From Pedosphaera sp. (lineage in GTDB: Bacteria; Verrucomicrobiota; Verrucomicrobiia; Limisphaerales; UBA1096), in contig JAKUOU010000018.1 in assembly GCA_022451065.1 (NCBI GenBank), positions 1,490 through 65,489 of the forward strand: 64,000 nt of DNA, given 5' to 3'. The stretch's first letter is position 1. Each line of letters begins with the position of its first letter. Positions 9,801 through 18,675 of the stretch are shown here, piece by piece. The notes below the pieces were generated by a model. It saw only the letters and a program-made list of their open reading frames with translations, did not search any database and had not been told where the DNA came from. The position numbers were made by a program, and so were the translations under genes.

Positions 9801-10184
9801 AATACCTATTTAAAAACCTTTCAAGTGCTCGGCGGACTAGGGCTGTTGCTCGGCAGCCTGGGCCTGGGAGTCGTGGTGATGCGCAATGTAGAGGAACGCA
9901 AAAGCGAACTTGCTTTACTCCGCGCAATTGGCTTTGAGAAAAACTCGATCAAGCAGTTTGTCTTGGTGGAATACATCAGCCTTCTGATTGGCGGACTACT
10001 TATTGGCACCATCGCCGCCGGGCTGGCCGTGCTGCCCGCCATGCTTTCCCCAACCGCCGATGTACCTTATACTCTCCTCGGACTGACGCTTGGCGGCGTG
10101 CTACTACTCGCCGGTCTTTGGACATGGACGGCCACAACACTCTCGCTGTGCGGCAATCTACTGGATGGATTGAGACGCGACTGA
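6846..10184 (+). CDS. Large FtsX-family ABC permease with duplicated FtsX/MacB-type modules (YbbP-like)
   Basis: 1112 aa, starting 4 nt after the ATPase stop. It contains two TM bundles, each preceded by a large extracytoplasmic domain. The C-terminal region ELALLRAIGFEKNSIKQFVLVEYISLLIGGLLIG is typical of FtsX domains. Confidence 0.8.
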   Translation: MTTWSLVLKSFRFYARSHVGTLMGVAVGTMVLVGALLVGESVRGSLHDMAAARLGRVELALPSNDRLFRAEMADQLQADLDTSTTALLQLPGTAKRPSGENRANNVVVMGVNEAFWKLALKPPEFVRIPEDSIVLNERLANQLDVKKGNMVNLRVHNPSQLSRDAPMAPIEDSTASLAQLEVLAIVSDAEFGRFSLQASQVPPYNAFVSLDQLQEAIEKPAMANLMLVGQAQAPAKSPTLGQAQAALARHWQLADAQAQLLQLPDGKGIELRSPRVFLDPPLAKAATGLSTNATEVLTYFVNKIQLGDKSTPYSMVTALADFEPDSVWLNQWSADDLQAKVGDEVELSYYSVGTMRQLEERSGKFKVGGVIAMDDPRSDITLMPDFPGMTDSADCADWDTGFPMDLDAIRDKDEEYWDTYKGTPKAYISLGTGKEIWSNRFGNLTAVRYPQNGRAALDKLAQELLGKLKPTDTGLTFQPARAQASSSVTNAMDFGQLFMSFSFFLIAAAVMLISLLFQFTMEKRTRETGTLLAVGIPARRVRRMLLLEGGLIAIAGCIVGGGGGSLFARAMLSALSTNWKDAVASATLTYHSNGTAWATGASMGFFVALGTIWWALRKLKKQTARELLVGGSQEILGTRKSTKRTSIIAVVLFLCAIGSVGAAVASGSQISPNSFFIAGALLLLSGLAFTSVRLTALARTKALSHADGLSLSGLGQRNAARRRRRSMATVGMLACGSFMIGSIGVFQKDANVDANIPTSGTGGFELMGEASIAVIHDMNNAANREDFYSIDEDIIKNVNFVPFRLRDGDQANCLNLNLAQEPRLLGVRPEMLIGKFTFIDTLDGLKTGNNPWSILETARQTLNLSDDIVPVIADQSVMMWALSGGDPMKSKKLGDTLGYTDEHGNTFRVKFVGQLADSILQGNLIIPESDFIKRFPSQSGYRVFLIDGPEAKIKEISDELNNAMEDHGFEWVRTTQRLGELNAVQNTYLKTFQVLGGLGLLLGSLGLGVVVMRNVEERKSELALLRAIGFEKNSIKQFVLVEYISLLIGGLLIGTIAAGLAVLPAMLSPTADVPYTLLGLTLGGVLLLAGLWTWTATTLSLCGNLLDGLRRD

Positions 10185-10192
10185 ATTATTTA

Positions 10193-10930
10193 ATGAAGAG
10201 CAAACCAAGTCAGCAACGATTTATGTATCCTCTGCGGTCCTCTGCAGCTCCAAGCTCTCTACGTCTAAAAAATCAGTGGACACCACCGCATCCCAAGACT
10301 CTCTTGCGTTTTTTACTGACCCTTAGCTTGTCTGCATTGACGGCACATGCGACGGAGCCGCTGTACCAAACCAATTTTGAAAAAACCGAACCGGGCGAAG
10401 TGCCAGACGATTTCCTCGTGCTCGACGGTGCCTTTGCAGTAAAAAAGCAAGGCAACAACAAGTTCCTCGAGTTACCCGGTGCGCCGCTTGATGCGTTTGG
10501 TTTTATGTTTGGCCCGTCGGCCCGCCACGGCAACGAGATTAGTGCGCGGATGTTTGGGACGAAAAAAGGCCGGCGCTACCCGGTGTTCGGCGTCGCACTG
10601 AACGGCGTCAACGGCTACCGGCTGCAGGCAGCCCCGGCCAAGCGAGCGATAGAGCTGCTCAAGGGCAGCGTCGTCGTGGCTAAGGTGCCGTTCCGGTGGA
10701 GTGGCGGCGAGTGGCTACGACTCGCTCTGCGGGTCGAGCAAACCGGCGATACCGAGTGGACTGTCAGCGGCCGAGTATGGGTGGACGGCAAGACCGCCCC
10801 GGCCAAGCCCACCATCACTCACAAGGAAACCAAGGAACCGCGCAATGGGAAGCCCTCCGTTTGGGGAAGTCCCTACTCCGGCACCCCGATTCGCTATGAC
10901 GACATCGTCGTCAATAAAATCGCCAAGTGA
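10193..10930 (+). CDS. Secreted hypothetical protein (possible concanavalin/LamG-like beta-sandwich)
   Basis: The ATG at 10193 follows the permease stop (10182-10184). It has a signal-peptide-like LLRFLLTLSLSALTAHA, and the remainder is beta-rich. The family assignment is only a guess. Confidence 0.5.
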   Translation: MKSKPSQQRFMYPLRSSAAPSSLRLKNQWTPPHPKTLLRFLLTLSLSALTAHATEPLYQTNFEKTEPGEVPDDFLVLDGAFAVKKQGNNKFLELPGAPLDAFGFMFGPSARHGNEISARMFGTKKGRRYPVFGVALNGVNGYRLQAAPAKRAIELLKGSVVVAKVPFRWSGGEWLRLALRVEQTGDTEWTVSGRVWVDGKTAPAKPTITHKETKEPRNGKPSVWGSPYSGTPIRYDDIVVNKIAK

Positions 10931-12275
10931 CCGGCTGGTCATTCTCCTGATGGCCCTTGGCCTGGCCACGCCGATTGGCCAAGCCGCGCAGGTCGAGCTG
11001 CGAATCACGATTCCCGAGGCGCCGTTTCACGTCATTGGCGATCCGGTGCCGCTACGCTGGGAATTCGTCAACCGCGGCGACCAACGACTGGCCTTCATGT
11101 GGGAGGGCTGCTGCCAGCTCAACGGCCGCGTCACCGCGTCGCTTGGCCAAGTCACGCTCCGCTCTGAGCCAGCGACTTCCACCGCACAGTTGACGGCGCA
11201 CCGATTCGCTCGCGCCGCACGATTACTCCCCGACAAGCCGACCGTTTTCGAGACGTACCTCGGCGACTGGCTCAACATTGACCGCTCCGGCGAATACAAA
11301 CTCACCGCCAGATACACCGGACTGCTCGACAACCAACAGCCGCAAGTCCCACGCAACTGGCAACTCTGGAAAGATTCCGCCACGGCTGAACCTATCCGGA
11401 CCACACTACTGACTCCGAGTGACTATATTGCCAGACACAGCAAAGCCGGGTTGGTGCTTCACCTAGATGGCCCCGACCGACTGCTCCCGCTCCAGAAAAC
11501 AGCGCTTGAACTCAAACTAAGCAATACGTCCGGGACAGCGCAGACAATCCATTGGCCAAGCGACTTTGCGCTTTGGTTTTTGGATACCACCGGCAGACGA
11601 ACGCCGCTAACCCCCACCCGCATTCGCACGGCCCCAGAAAAACTTGTGTTATCTAAAAACCAGCGTTTAACCAAGCGCATCGAGATCGACTCGAGCAAAC
11701 TCGAGGGCCGAGCGCTAGGGCGTTATCGACTCTTTGTCGATTTTAAAACAGCCAAAAACCGGACGCCCTCCAACGCCGTACCACTCGACTGGCGGTTGGA
11801 CACCGCCGAACTGCAGCAACTCATCCGCATGGCCTCTGGTGGCGCAAGAGACGGCCGACGAAACCGGCCCCTGAAGCTGATGCGCCTGCATCTTGGAGAA
11901 ATTGACCAAGTACTTGATCAAGTACCGGAATCGGAATTGAGCGAAAACGGCAGAAAGTTGCTAGGCGAACTCCAACTCGCCGCCGGGCTCAAACCCATCG
12001 CACCAAAGCCGGGACAAGTGACTGTGAAACTCCGAATCACCAGCGACGGATCGATTCAATTCGCCGACACCGCACTTGACCAAGTATTCCGGGACAACAA
12101 ACCAATAACAGAGCAACTTGCCGCCATGGTCAACGTCCGCCGACACTTAGGCTGGATAATCACACTGGAACTGCGCCCGGACAAAGCCACCACGCCCGAG
12201 CAACTCGCCGCCGCTTACGAGTCGCTGAAACCCCTCATCAGCGCCGAAATCAAATTCATAGTTTTGCCAAACTAA
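10896..12275 (+). CDS. Secreted hypothetical protein with two Ig-like repeats and a C-terminal alpha/beta domain
   Basis: Start chosen at the internal ATG 10896, which gives the signal peptide MTTSSSIKSPSDRLVILLMALGLATPIGQAAQ. This start overlaps the upstream CDS by 35 nt. I recognise no family and the start is uncertain. Confidence 0.45.
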   Translation: MTTSSSIKSPSDRLVILLMALGLATPIGQAAQVELRITIPEAPFHVIGDPVPLRWEFVNRGDQRLAFMWEGCCQLNGRVTASLGQVTLRSEPATSTAQLTAHRFARAARLLPDKPTVFETYLGDWLNIDRSGEYKLTARYTGLLDNQQPQVPRNWQLWKDSATAEPIRTTLLTPSDYIARHSKAGLVLHLDGPDRLLPLQKTALELKLSNTSGTAQTIHWPSDFALWFLDTTGRRTPLTPTRIRTAPEKLVLSKNQRLTKRIEIDSSKLEGRALGRYRLFVDFKTAKNRTPSNAVPLDWRLDTAELQQLIRMASGGARDGRRNRPLKLMRLHLGEIDQVLDQVPESELSENGRKLLGELQLAAGLKPIAPKPGQVTVKLRITSDGSIQFADTALDQVFRDNKPITEQLAAMVNVRRHLGWIITLELRPDKATTPEQLAAAYESLKPLISAEIKFIVLPN

Positions 12276-12287
12276 TTTGGCTTGATG

Positions 12288-13433
12288 TTACCCTGTCAGC
12301 CTAGAGTTAGCACGACCCTCTATGACTTTTGAGGTGGGCTTATAGTTCGCAATGAATTGTTTACGGTAGTCATCGAAGGTGCCTCCAGCCAGGTGGCGTC
12401 GGATATCACGCATCACCTCAAGGAAAAAATGCGAGTTGTGCACGCTGAGCATTCGTAGTCCGAGAATTTCACCAGCCTTGAGAAGATGACGCAGGTAGGC
12501 GCGGGTATGGTGCAGGCAGGCGAAACACTCGCAGCCCTCCTCGATCGGTCCGAAGTCTTCCTTCTGATGGCTGGCGCGGAGGTTAATCGCACCGCTCGAG
12601 GTGTAGGCGGTGCCATTGCGGGCGACACGGGTCGGCAGCACGCAGTCGAACATGTCCACGCCACGCGCGACGAGTTCGATCAACTGAGCCGGGGTGCCAA
12701 GGCCCATCGCATAACGCGCCTTGTCGGCAGGTAAATGCTGTTCGGTAATCTCGACGGCGTGCATCATCTCCGGCTCCGGCTCACCGACGCTGACGCCACC
12801 GATGGCATAGCCGTCGAAGTCCATCGCCACCAGTTCCTCCGCACAACGCTTGCGCAGCTCGGGGGCATTGGCGCCCTGCACGATGCCAAAGTACAACTGG
12901 CCCTCGGCGCGGGGTTGCCTGGCGCAGATGGCGGCCCAACCAAGCGTGCGCCTGACGGCAGCTTGCAATTCACTGTCGGATGCCCCGTGCGGCGGACATT
13001 CGTCGAACAGCATTGCGATGTCAGAACCCAATTCGCGCTGGATGGCCATCGATTCTTTCGGGCCTAGAAAGAGCGTCTCACCACTGAGGTGTGACTGAAA
13101 CTCAACGCCATCGTCACGCACCTTACGAATCTTGGCCAAACTGTAAACCTGAAATCCGCCGCTGTCGGTGAGGATCGGCTTGTCCCAGTTCATGAACCGG
13201 TGCAGGCCGCCTGCCTTGCGAATGATATCAAGGCCGGGGCGAAGAAAGAGGTGGTATGTGTTGCCGAGAAGAATCTCCGTACCGATCTCGTTGAGTTCGC
13301 GCAGGTCGAGCGCCTTGACGCTGGCCTGCGTGCCGACCGGCATGAACACCGGCGTGTCGATCACACCGCGTGCGGTCGTCAACCGGCCAAGACGCGCCTT
13401 ACTGCTCGGGCTGATTTTAAGCAACTCGTACAT
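12288..13433 (-). CDS. tgt: Queuine tRNA-ribosyltransferase (tRNA-guanine transglycosylase)
   Basis: MYELLKISPSSKARLGRLTTARGVIDTPVFMPVGTQASVK, LGNTYHL, DSGGFQV and the zinc motif CECFAC...H are all canonical Tgt. Start trimmed to the ATG at 13433. Confidence 0.9.
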   Translation of the reverse strand: MYELLKISPSSKARLGRLTTARGVIDTPVFMPVGTQASVKALDLRELNEIGTEILLGNTYHLFLRPGLDIIRKAGGLHRFMNWDKPILTDSGGFQVYSLAKIRKVRDDGVEFQSHLSGETLFLGPKESMAIQRELGSDIAMLFDECPPHGASDSELQAAVRRTLGWAAICARQPRAEGQLYFGIVQGANAPELRKRCAEELVAMDFDGYAIGGVSVGEPEPEMMHAVEITEQHLPADKARYAMGLGTPAQLIELVARGVDMFDCVLPTRVARNGTAYTSSGAINLRASHQKEDFGPIEEGCECFACLHHTRAYLRHLLKAGEILGLRMLSVHNSHFFLEVMRDIRRHLAGGTFDDYRKQFIANYKPTSKVIEGRANSRLTG

Positions 13434-13473
13434 TCGCGGGAGGACAGAAGAATCAGCTTGGCCAGGCAACGGC

Positions 13474-13995
13474 TCACCACTCACCCTCGGCGAGAAGCGC
13501 AACAGTTTTCCTGGCCAGATCGTTAGCAAGCAGCGGGAGCGCCTGGCGCTCGGCACTGGCAAGGTCGCCACCCAGGCGGACGGTAGTGCGGCCGGTCAAC
13601 TCGTGATCAATCAGCACCTTACCGGTGGCCTTCTCGGCGGCGAGAATGCGGGTGACAAGTTCCACCTCGAAGTCACGCACGCTGAGAATGTCCCGCGGCT
13701 GAAAGCTTACGGCGGATCTGCGGTAAGCAGTGATATTGCCGGTAAGCAGCACGTCGCCATCGCCGCCGGTGGCCAGCCCGAACGTGCCATCGCGATGCAG
13801 TTCGCGGCGGATGGAGGCATTGACCGACTCGGTGAGGCCGGACTGAGGCGTGGCATTTTCAAACAGGCCCACCTCAATGGCTTGGCCGGCGGGAATCGCG
13901 GGGTTCACCGGCCCCAGCCGGTAGCTGGCGCAACCGGTGGCCGTCAAGGCAGCAGTCAAGAAGATGGCGACGTGACTGGCGGCCAAACGGGTCAT
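13474..13995 (-). CDS. LptE-like outer-membrane lipoprotein
   Basis: Lipobox LTATGC, 173 aa. The pattern CASYRLG...LLTGNITAYRRSAVSF...EVELVTRI resembles LPS-assembly lipoprotein LptE. The start overlaps the upstream BamD-like stop by ATGA. Confidence 0.45.
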   Translation of the reverse strand: MTRLAASHVAIFLTAALTATGCASYRLGPVNPAIPAGQAIEVGLFENATPQSGLTESVNASIRRELHRDGTFGLATGGDGDVLLTGNITAYRRSAVSFQPRDILSVRDFEVELVTRILAAEKATGKVLIDHELTGRTTVRLGGDLASAERQALPLLANDLARKTVALLAEGEW

Positions 13996-15032
13996 TTCGG
14001 TTGTGCACTCGATGCTTTTTCCACATCGAGCCGTGGCTGCAACTCGGCGATCTTCTGTAATGCGGTCTCAGCGTAATCGGTGCCGGGGGCGAGATCTTTT
14101 ACTTCGTTGTAGTAGATGTTTGCACTAGCCCACTTTCTCCGCTTTTCGTAATAGCGCGCGATCTTCAGGTTGCCCCGGGCCTGCTCAACCTTCATTGCCT
14201 TAATTCTTTCGCGTGCCGTGGACACCTGCTCCTCATTGGGATAAAGCGCGATGTAATCTGAAAAGGAGTCGATGGCCTTGTGGGTCACACCCTGGTCGTA
14301 TTCGGCATCCAGCGATTGCTGCTGGTAGGCCGCACCGGCAGCGAACAACCCCTCGGATGCGATCTCCGGTCGGTCGTGATACTTGTCGGCCACCTTCTTG
14401 AATGCCTCGACAGCCATGTGGTAGTTCTTGTGCCGTTCATTCTGGGAGAACTGGAAACCACGCGCCTTGTTAACCCAGGCCTGGCCAATATTCATCTGAG
14501 CCTTGGGGGCCACGGAACTGAACGGGCCGCTATTGACGATGTCCTGAAACATGGCGGACGTCTTTTTCATCGACCGATAGAGTGGAATACGACCCCACAG
14601 CTTGAAGCGCTGGCCGTTCAGATACCGAGTGGCAATGGCAAACTGCCTAGACTGAATACCCGCGAAATCGACATTCTGTGGATAAAACCGTAGGAGATTT
14701 TGATACTCGGCAAATGCCTTCTGGTCGTCACCCCGTTTTTCGTATGCCTGAGCTAGCAGCAACTGGGCCTCGGGCGCTAGATCAGACAACGGCCACTCAG
14801 CCACCGTTCGGCGGGCTGCCTTAAACGCGGTTTTCCAGTCCTGCTCCGCGAATGCCTTCTTGCCCACCTCGAGCTGATCCTTGGCAGTCGCACGACGCCA
14901 ACTGCCGCCGCCACTAAGGCTCTCGTAGGACCAGCCTTCGCCGGGTCGGAAAACGATCGGTGCGGGGGAACTGTTCGGCAATGAGAGAAACACCACCGCG
15001 GCTAAGAGCAAAGGACTCGTCCAACGCTGCAT
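13992..15032 (-). CDS. BamD/YfiO-like TPR outer-membrane assembly protein
   Basis: Signal peptide followed by TPR-like repeats (AQAYEKRGDDQKAFAEYQNLLRFYPQN ... IARYYEKRRKWASANIYYNEV), as in BamD. There is no lipobox cysteine. Confidence 0.5.
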   Translation of the reverse strand: MQRWTSPLLLAAVVFLSLPNSSPAPIVFRPGEGWSYESLSGGGSWRRATAKDQLEVGKKAFAEQDWKTAFKAARRTVAEWPLSDLAPEAQLLLAQAYEKRGDDQKAFAEYQNLLRFYPQNVDFAGIQSRQFAIATRYLNGQRFKLWGRIPLYRSMKKTSAMFQDIVNSGPFSSVAPKAQMNIGQAWVNKARGFQFSQNERHKNYHMAVEAFKKVADKYHDRPEIASEGLFAAGAAYQQQSLDAEYDQGVTHKAIDSFSDYIALYPNEEQVSTARERIKAMKVEQARGNLKIARYYEKRRKWASANIYYNEVKDLAPGTDYAETALQKIAELQPRLDVEKASSAQPK

Positions 15033-15119
15033 GGGCGGACTCTAGGACAACTGCCCCGACTTCTCCAGCCTGATTTTTCTTTTGCAGTCACCCTGCCAAG
15101 GCCACCATCCGCACGGACG

Positions 15120-16076
15120 GTGATGCCCGAGTCACTCATCATCACAGATTGCCCGGAGGCGCTGGACGGTTTTGCCGAAACTGGCGGCCAGTTTGGCTGG
15201 AAAGCAGCCGATCTCTCAAGACTGCCCCTCGATACCCGCCACACTTGGCAGGCCGTTGGCGGGCTTGGCCAAGCGGAGATTGTGTGCCGGAGTGCCCCTA
15301 CGCCATGGCGGCAAATTATGGCCGTTGGCCACTCTGCCGTATCGCAGATGGACGGCATACGGGCACTATTGCAAGCGGACACTGTACCGCCCACGCCGTT
15401 TGCCTGTCTCGCCGTGACCGGCGACAACTTTCACGGCAACCGGGGCCGGCCTTGGCGCGCTCTCGAGGGCAATCTGCACTTGACGGCTCTGTTCTCGCCC
15501 AATCGCCCGACAAGCGAACTTGGCCTTGGCCTGAGCATGCTACCGACCCTGGCGGTGGTTGATGCACTTGGCCATTTCAATGCGTTTGACCAAGCACCAC
15601 GCATCAAGTGGGTCAACGACGTGCTGCTCGGCAGTCGCAAGGTTTGCGGTGTGATCACCTCGACTTTGGCTAAAGGCGAGCGCATCGAGCACGTCGTGCT
15701 GGGCATTGGCGTCAACATCGCCATTACGCCGGAGTTACCAAGCGGGAAGTTCGTGCAACCGCCGAGCAGCCTGCGCGAATTTGCGCCGGACACCCTCATC
15801 ACTCTCCCGACGATACTAGCCATACTGCTCAAGAGCCTGGCTAAACGGCACAAGCAATTGCTCGAGCGCGGGCCGAATGAGTTATATGACGATTATGTGC
15901 ACCATAGCTGCGTCATCGGACGTAAAGTGGAAGTCTGGGAAGAGACCGCCGGCGAGTGTGACAACGCCAAACTGATCGCCAGCGGCAGGGTCACGAACAT
16001 CCTCCCCGACCTCTCGCTCCGCCTCGATACTAGCACCGAGCCGGTGCAACACGGGAGACTCATTTTCACCGACTGA
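15120..16076 (+). CDS. birA: Biotin--[acetyl-CoA-carboxylase] ligase
   Basis: GRPWRALEGNL and KWVNDVLLGSRKVCGVITS match the BPL catalytic core (GRxW... KWPNDxxxxxKKxxGIL). Confidence 0.7.
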   Translation: MMPESLIITDCPEALDGFAETGGQFGWKAADLSRLPLDTRHTWQAVGGLGQAEIVCRSAPTPWRQIMAVGHSAVSQMDGIRALLQADTVPPTPFACLAVTGDNFHGNRGRPWRALEGNLHLTALFSPNRPTSELGLGLSMLPTLAVVDALGHFNAFDQAPRIKWVNDVLLGSRKVCGVITSTLAKGERIEHVVLGIGVNIAITPELPSGKFVQPPSSLREFAPDTLITLPTILAILLKSLAKRHKQLLERGPNELYDDYVHHSCVIGRKVEVWEETAGECDNAKLIASGRVTNILPDLSLRLDTSTEPVQHGRLIFTD

Positions 16077-16123
16077 TCCTTTTGGGCTTTGGCCCGTGGC
16101 CTCTCGTCCGTATCTTCCCGCGT

Positions 16124-17203
16124 ATGCGGACGGTTAAAGTACCCCTTGGGGATCGCAGTTACTCCATTAAAATCGGTAACGGCCTTCTGCCCAGGTTGGG
16201 CGGGGAGTGTCGTCGGCTCAAGTTGGGAAAACGCTGTGCAGTGGTGACCGATCGCGCCGTGGGGCGACTCTACGCCAAGGCGGCGTTGGCCTCTTTGCGC
16301 CTAGCCGGGTTTTCGCCGCTGGAAATCCGAGTGCCTGTCGGCGAGACCGCCAAGAGCCTGAAAACAATTCAAGCCTGTTACGACAAGTTGGCCTGTCACC
16401 GGATCGAGCGAAGCTCATTCATCGTGGCTCTGGGCGGCGGCGTGGTTGGCGATATCGCCGGCTTTCTCGCGGCGAGCTACCTACGCGGTATCGGTTTTGT
16501 GCAAGTGCCGACGACGTTGCTTGCCCAAGTTGACAGTTCGGTCGGTGGAAAGGTCGGCGTTAACCTGAAGGCCGGCAAAAACCTGGTCGGGGCATTTTAC
16601 CAGCCGCGCCTTGTGCTATCCGATCTCGACACGCTCAAGACTTTGCCCAAGCGAGAGTTGCGAGCAGGGCTAGCCGAGGTAATCAAGTACGGAATCATTT
16701 ACGACGCGGTGCTGTTTCGCCGACTCGAGCGTACGCTGCCAGAGTTACTGCGACTCGAGGCTAAAGGCATGGCGCACATCGTCGCCCGCAGTTGCCAGAT
16801 CAAGGCCAAGGTCGTCGAGCAGGACGAACGAGAAGACGGTCTGCGCGCCATCCTGAACTACGGCCACACCATCGGCCACGCGCTCGAGGCAATCTCACGT
16901 TACGGAAAATATTTGCACGGCGAAGCGATCTCAATCGGCCAAGTGGCTGCGTCGAAAATCTCACGCGACATGCTTGGGCTTGACCAGGCGCAAGTCAATC
17001 GCATCAAGAGGCTGTTTCAGCAAGCCGGGCTGCCGACCTCGGTGCGCTTGACCAAGCCGCAGTTGGCCAAGGTATTCGCCGCGATGAAACTCGACAAAAA
17101 GGTCAGCGGCGGCGAAGTAAAGTTCGTACTGGCCCGAAAAGTCGGTCAAGTGGAATTTGGGATAGACGTGCCAAGGGCAACCATCAATACTGCGCTAAAA
17201 TAA
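16124..17203 (+). CDS. aroB: 3-dehydroquinate synthase
   Basis: LGGGVVGDIAGFLAASYLRGIGFVQVPTTLLAQVDSSVGGKVGVN, LNYGHTIGHALE and HGEAISIG are canonical AroB motifs. Start trimmed to the ATG at 16124. Confidence 0.9.
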   Translation: MRTVKVPLGDRSYSIKIGNGLLPRLGGECRRLKLGKRCAVVTDRAVGRLYAKAALASLRLAGFSPLEIRVPVGETAKSLKTIQACYDKLACHRIERSSFIVALGGGVVGDIAGFLAASYLRGIGFVQVPTTLLAQVDSSVGGKVGVNLKAGKNLVGAFYQPRLVLSDLDTLKTLPKRELRAGLAEVIKYGIIYDAVLFRRLERTLPELLRLEAKGMAHIVARSCQIKAKVVEQDEREDGLRAILNYGHTIGHALEAISRYGKYLHGEAISIGQVAASKISRDMLGLDQAQVNRIKRLFQQAGLPTSVRLTKPQLAKVFAAMKLDKKVSGGEVKFVLARKVGQVEFGIDVPRATINTALK

Positions 17204-17814
17204 TGTCTGCCATCAGCGAAACGATTGTTCGTGAGTTCCTCGAGGCCAACGGCTTCCTGGTACAACAGGGTCGTAAATTCGTCGCGCCATCGCGCCGGCA
17301 CGACTCGCACATCGATTTTTTTGCCTCCAATCCGTCGGCAACCGAGTCGAAAACCTCGCTACCATTCGAGTTGCAACTGGCTAACTTGAAGCACATTCGC
17401 CGCGCTGTTTACGCCGTGAAAGGCTGGCATACGGAGACGTTCAGCCCGGCGGTGATGGTCAACTCGCCGGAGATTTTTCGGTTCGCACAACCGGCAGCCA
17501 CAAAAGCAGCGGAGGCAGTGTTCGGCGCCGATGCCGTTTTCCTCAAGATACTTGTCGCACCGTCGCTCCCATCCTCAAAAAAACTGCGGCGCGAAAGTAT
17601 CGAGTTCCTTCGCGACAAGGGGGTCGATGGGGTGATTGAGTTTCCAGTACTGCTCACCTCCCTGATTGATGGTGTGGAAAAAAATCGCAATTACCAGCGC
17701 TCGGATATCCTGCAGTTGATCCGTGTACTCAAGGCACACGGAATGCTGCGTGAACGGCAGATGGAATTGTTCCGCGCTCCGAAGCCTCGCGCTGCCCGCA
17801 AGTCAAAGCCGTAA
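17203..17814 (+). CDS. Hypothetical protein, translationally coupled to aroB
   Basis: Its ATG overlaps the aroB stop (TAATG). 203 aa with a basic C-terminal tail. The N-terminal pattern GFLV...HIDFFA...AVYAVKGW loosely resembles a PD-(D/E)xK fold. No confident family. Confidence 0.45.
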   Translation: MSAISETIVREFLEANGFLVQQGRKFVAPSRRHDSHIDFFASNPSATESKTSLPFELQLANLKHIRRAVYAVKGWHTETFSPAVMVNSPEIFRFAQPAATKAAEAVFGADAVFLKILVAPSLPSSKKLRRESIEFLRDKGVDGVIEFPVLLTSLIDGVEKNRNYQRSDILQLIRVLKAHGMLRERQMELFRAPKPRAARKSKP

Positions 17815-17823
17815 GCGCATGTG

Positions 17824-18561
17824 TCAGTGGGGGTTCAGTAGCATACTGGCAGCCGCCAGGGCTAGGCCGGCGGCAATTGCCATCATCTTGTAGGCGTTAA
17901 AGCGATGACCTTCGCTGCTCTCGAAAAGGATCGTCGTCGAGACGTGAAGGAAGATGCCAATGACGATGGCGAGGCTTTCCCGATGATATTGGCCGATCAC
18001 CTCGAACCCGCTCAGAAGCGTACCCAGCGGTGCCATCGCGGCAAAAACAGCCAGCAGGCCATATGCCTTAAACTTGCTCAAGTCGCTGTCGAGTAGCATC
18101 GACAGGAACACTATGGCCACCGGATACTTGTGCAACACGATGCCCACCAGCAGCGGCTCCAGGACGTGGGAATGGCTATGAGTGTGGCCGTGATGGGTGT
18201 GGCCAGTGTCCCCGCCACCAAGCGGCATGCCCTCAAGGAACGCATGAAGGCACAAACCCACCATCATCCCGACCGGCAATCGGCTGTGCCGGTGCGTGTG
18301 CGCATGGCCGTGCTCGATTCCACCCGAGAGATGCTCGAGCATCACTTGGATAAAAAAACCGACCAGAACGAACGCACCAAAATAAGCCCCTCGTCCATCG
18401 CCGATGAACACTTCCGGCAACATATGCAGCGCCGTGATCGAGAGCAGGTAGGCACCACTAAAGGCGATCAGCAGCTTGAGGTTGTTGCGATTCGACGGCT
18501 TGAGCCACAGCACAGTAAGTGCGGCGGCCAAAACGGAAAATAAGAGTAGCGCGTAAGTCAA
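17824..18561 (-). CDS. zupT: ZIP-family divalent metal (zinc) transporter
   Basis: 245-aa polytopic protein with His-rich loops (HGHAHTHRHS, GHTHHGHTHSHSH) and ZIP-type HxxxE-like helices (LHAFLEGMPLG, FLHVSTTILFES). Confidence 0.75.
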   Translation of the reverse strand: MTYALLLFSVLAAALTVLWLKPSNRNNLKLLIAFSGAYLLSITALHMLPEVFIGDGRGAYFGAFVLVGFFIQVMLEHLSGGIEHGHAHTHRHSRLPVGMMVGLCLHAFLEGMPLGGGDTGHTHHGHTHSHSHVLEPLLVGIVLHKYPVAIVFLSMLLDSDLSKFKAYGLLAVFAAMAPLGTLLSGFEVIGQYHRESLAIVIGIFLHVSTTILFESSEGHRFNAYKMMAIAAGLALAAASMLLNPH

Positions 18562-18571
18562 ATTGGGTGAC

Positions 18572-18587
18572 GGCCAAGCGCTTGGCC
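18572..18587. repeat. Perfect 16-bp palindrome GGCCAAGCGCTTGGCC overlapping a TTGGCCAA copy
   Basis: Lies in the intergenic region between rpsR and the ZIP gene. It is GCGC-centred and interlocks with the GGCC-centred CTTGGCCAAG at 18581-18590. Confidence 0.95.
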
Positions 18588-18675
18588 AAGTTTGCTTTAG
18601 TTATGCCAATTCATTCGTGTTGGCGAGCATGAAAAGCCAACGCGCTCGTGTAGGGCGCTACGGCTTGAAAGTCGG

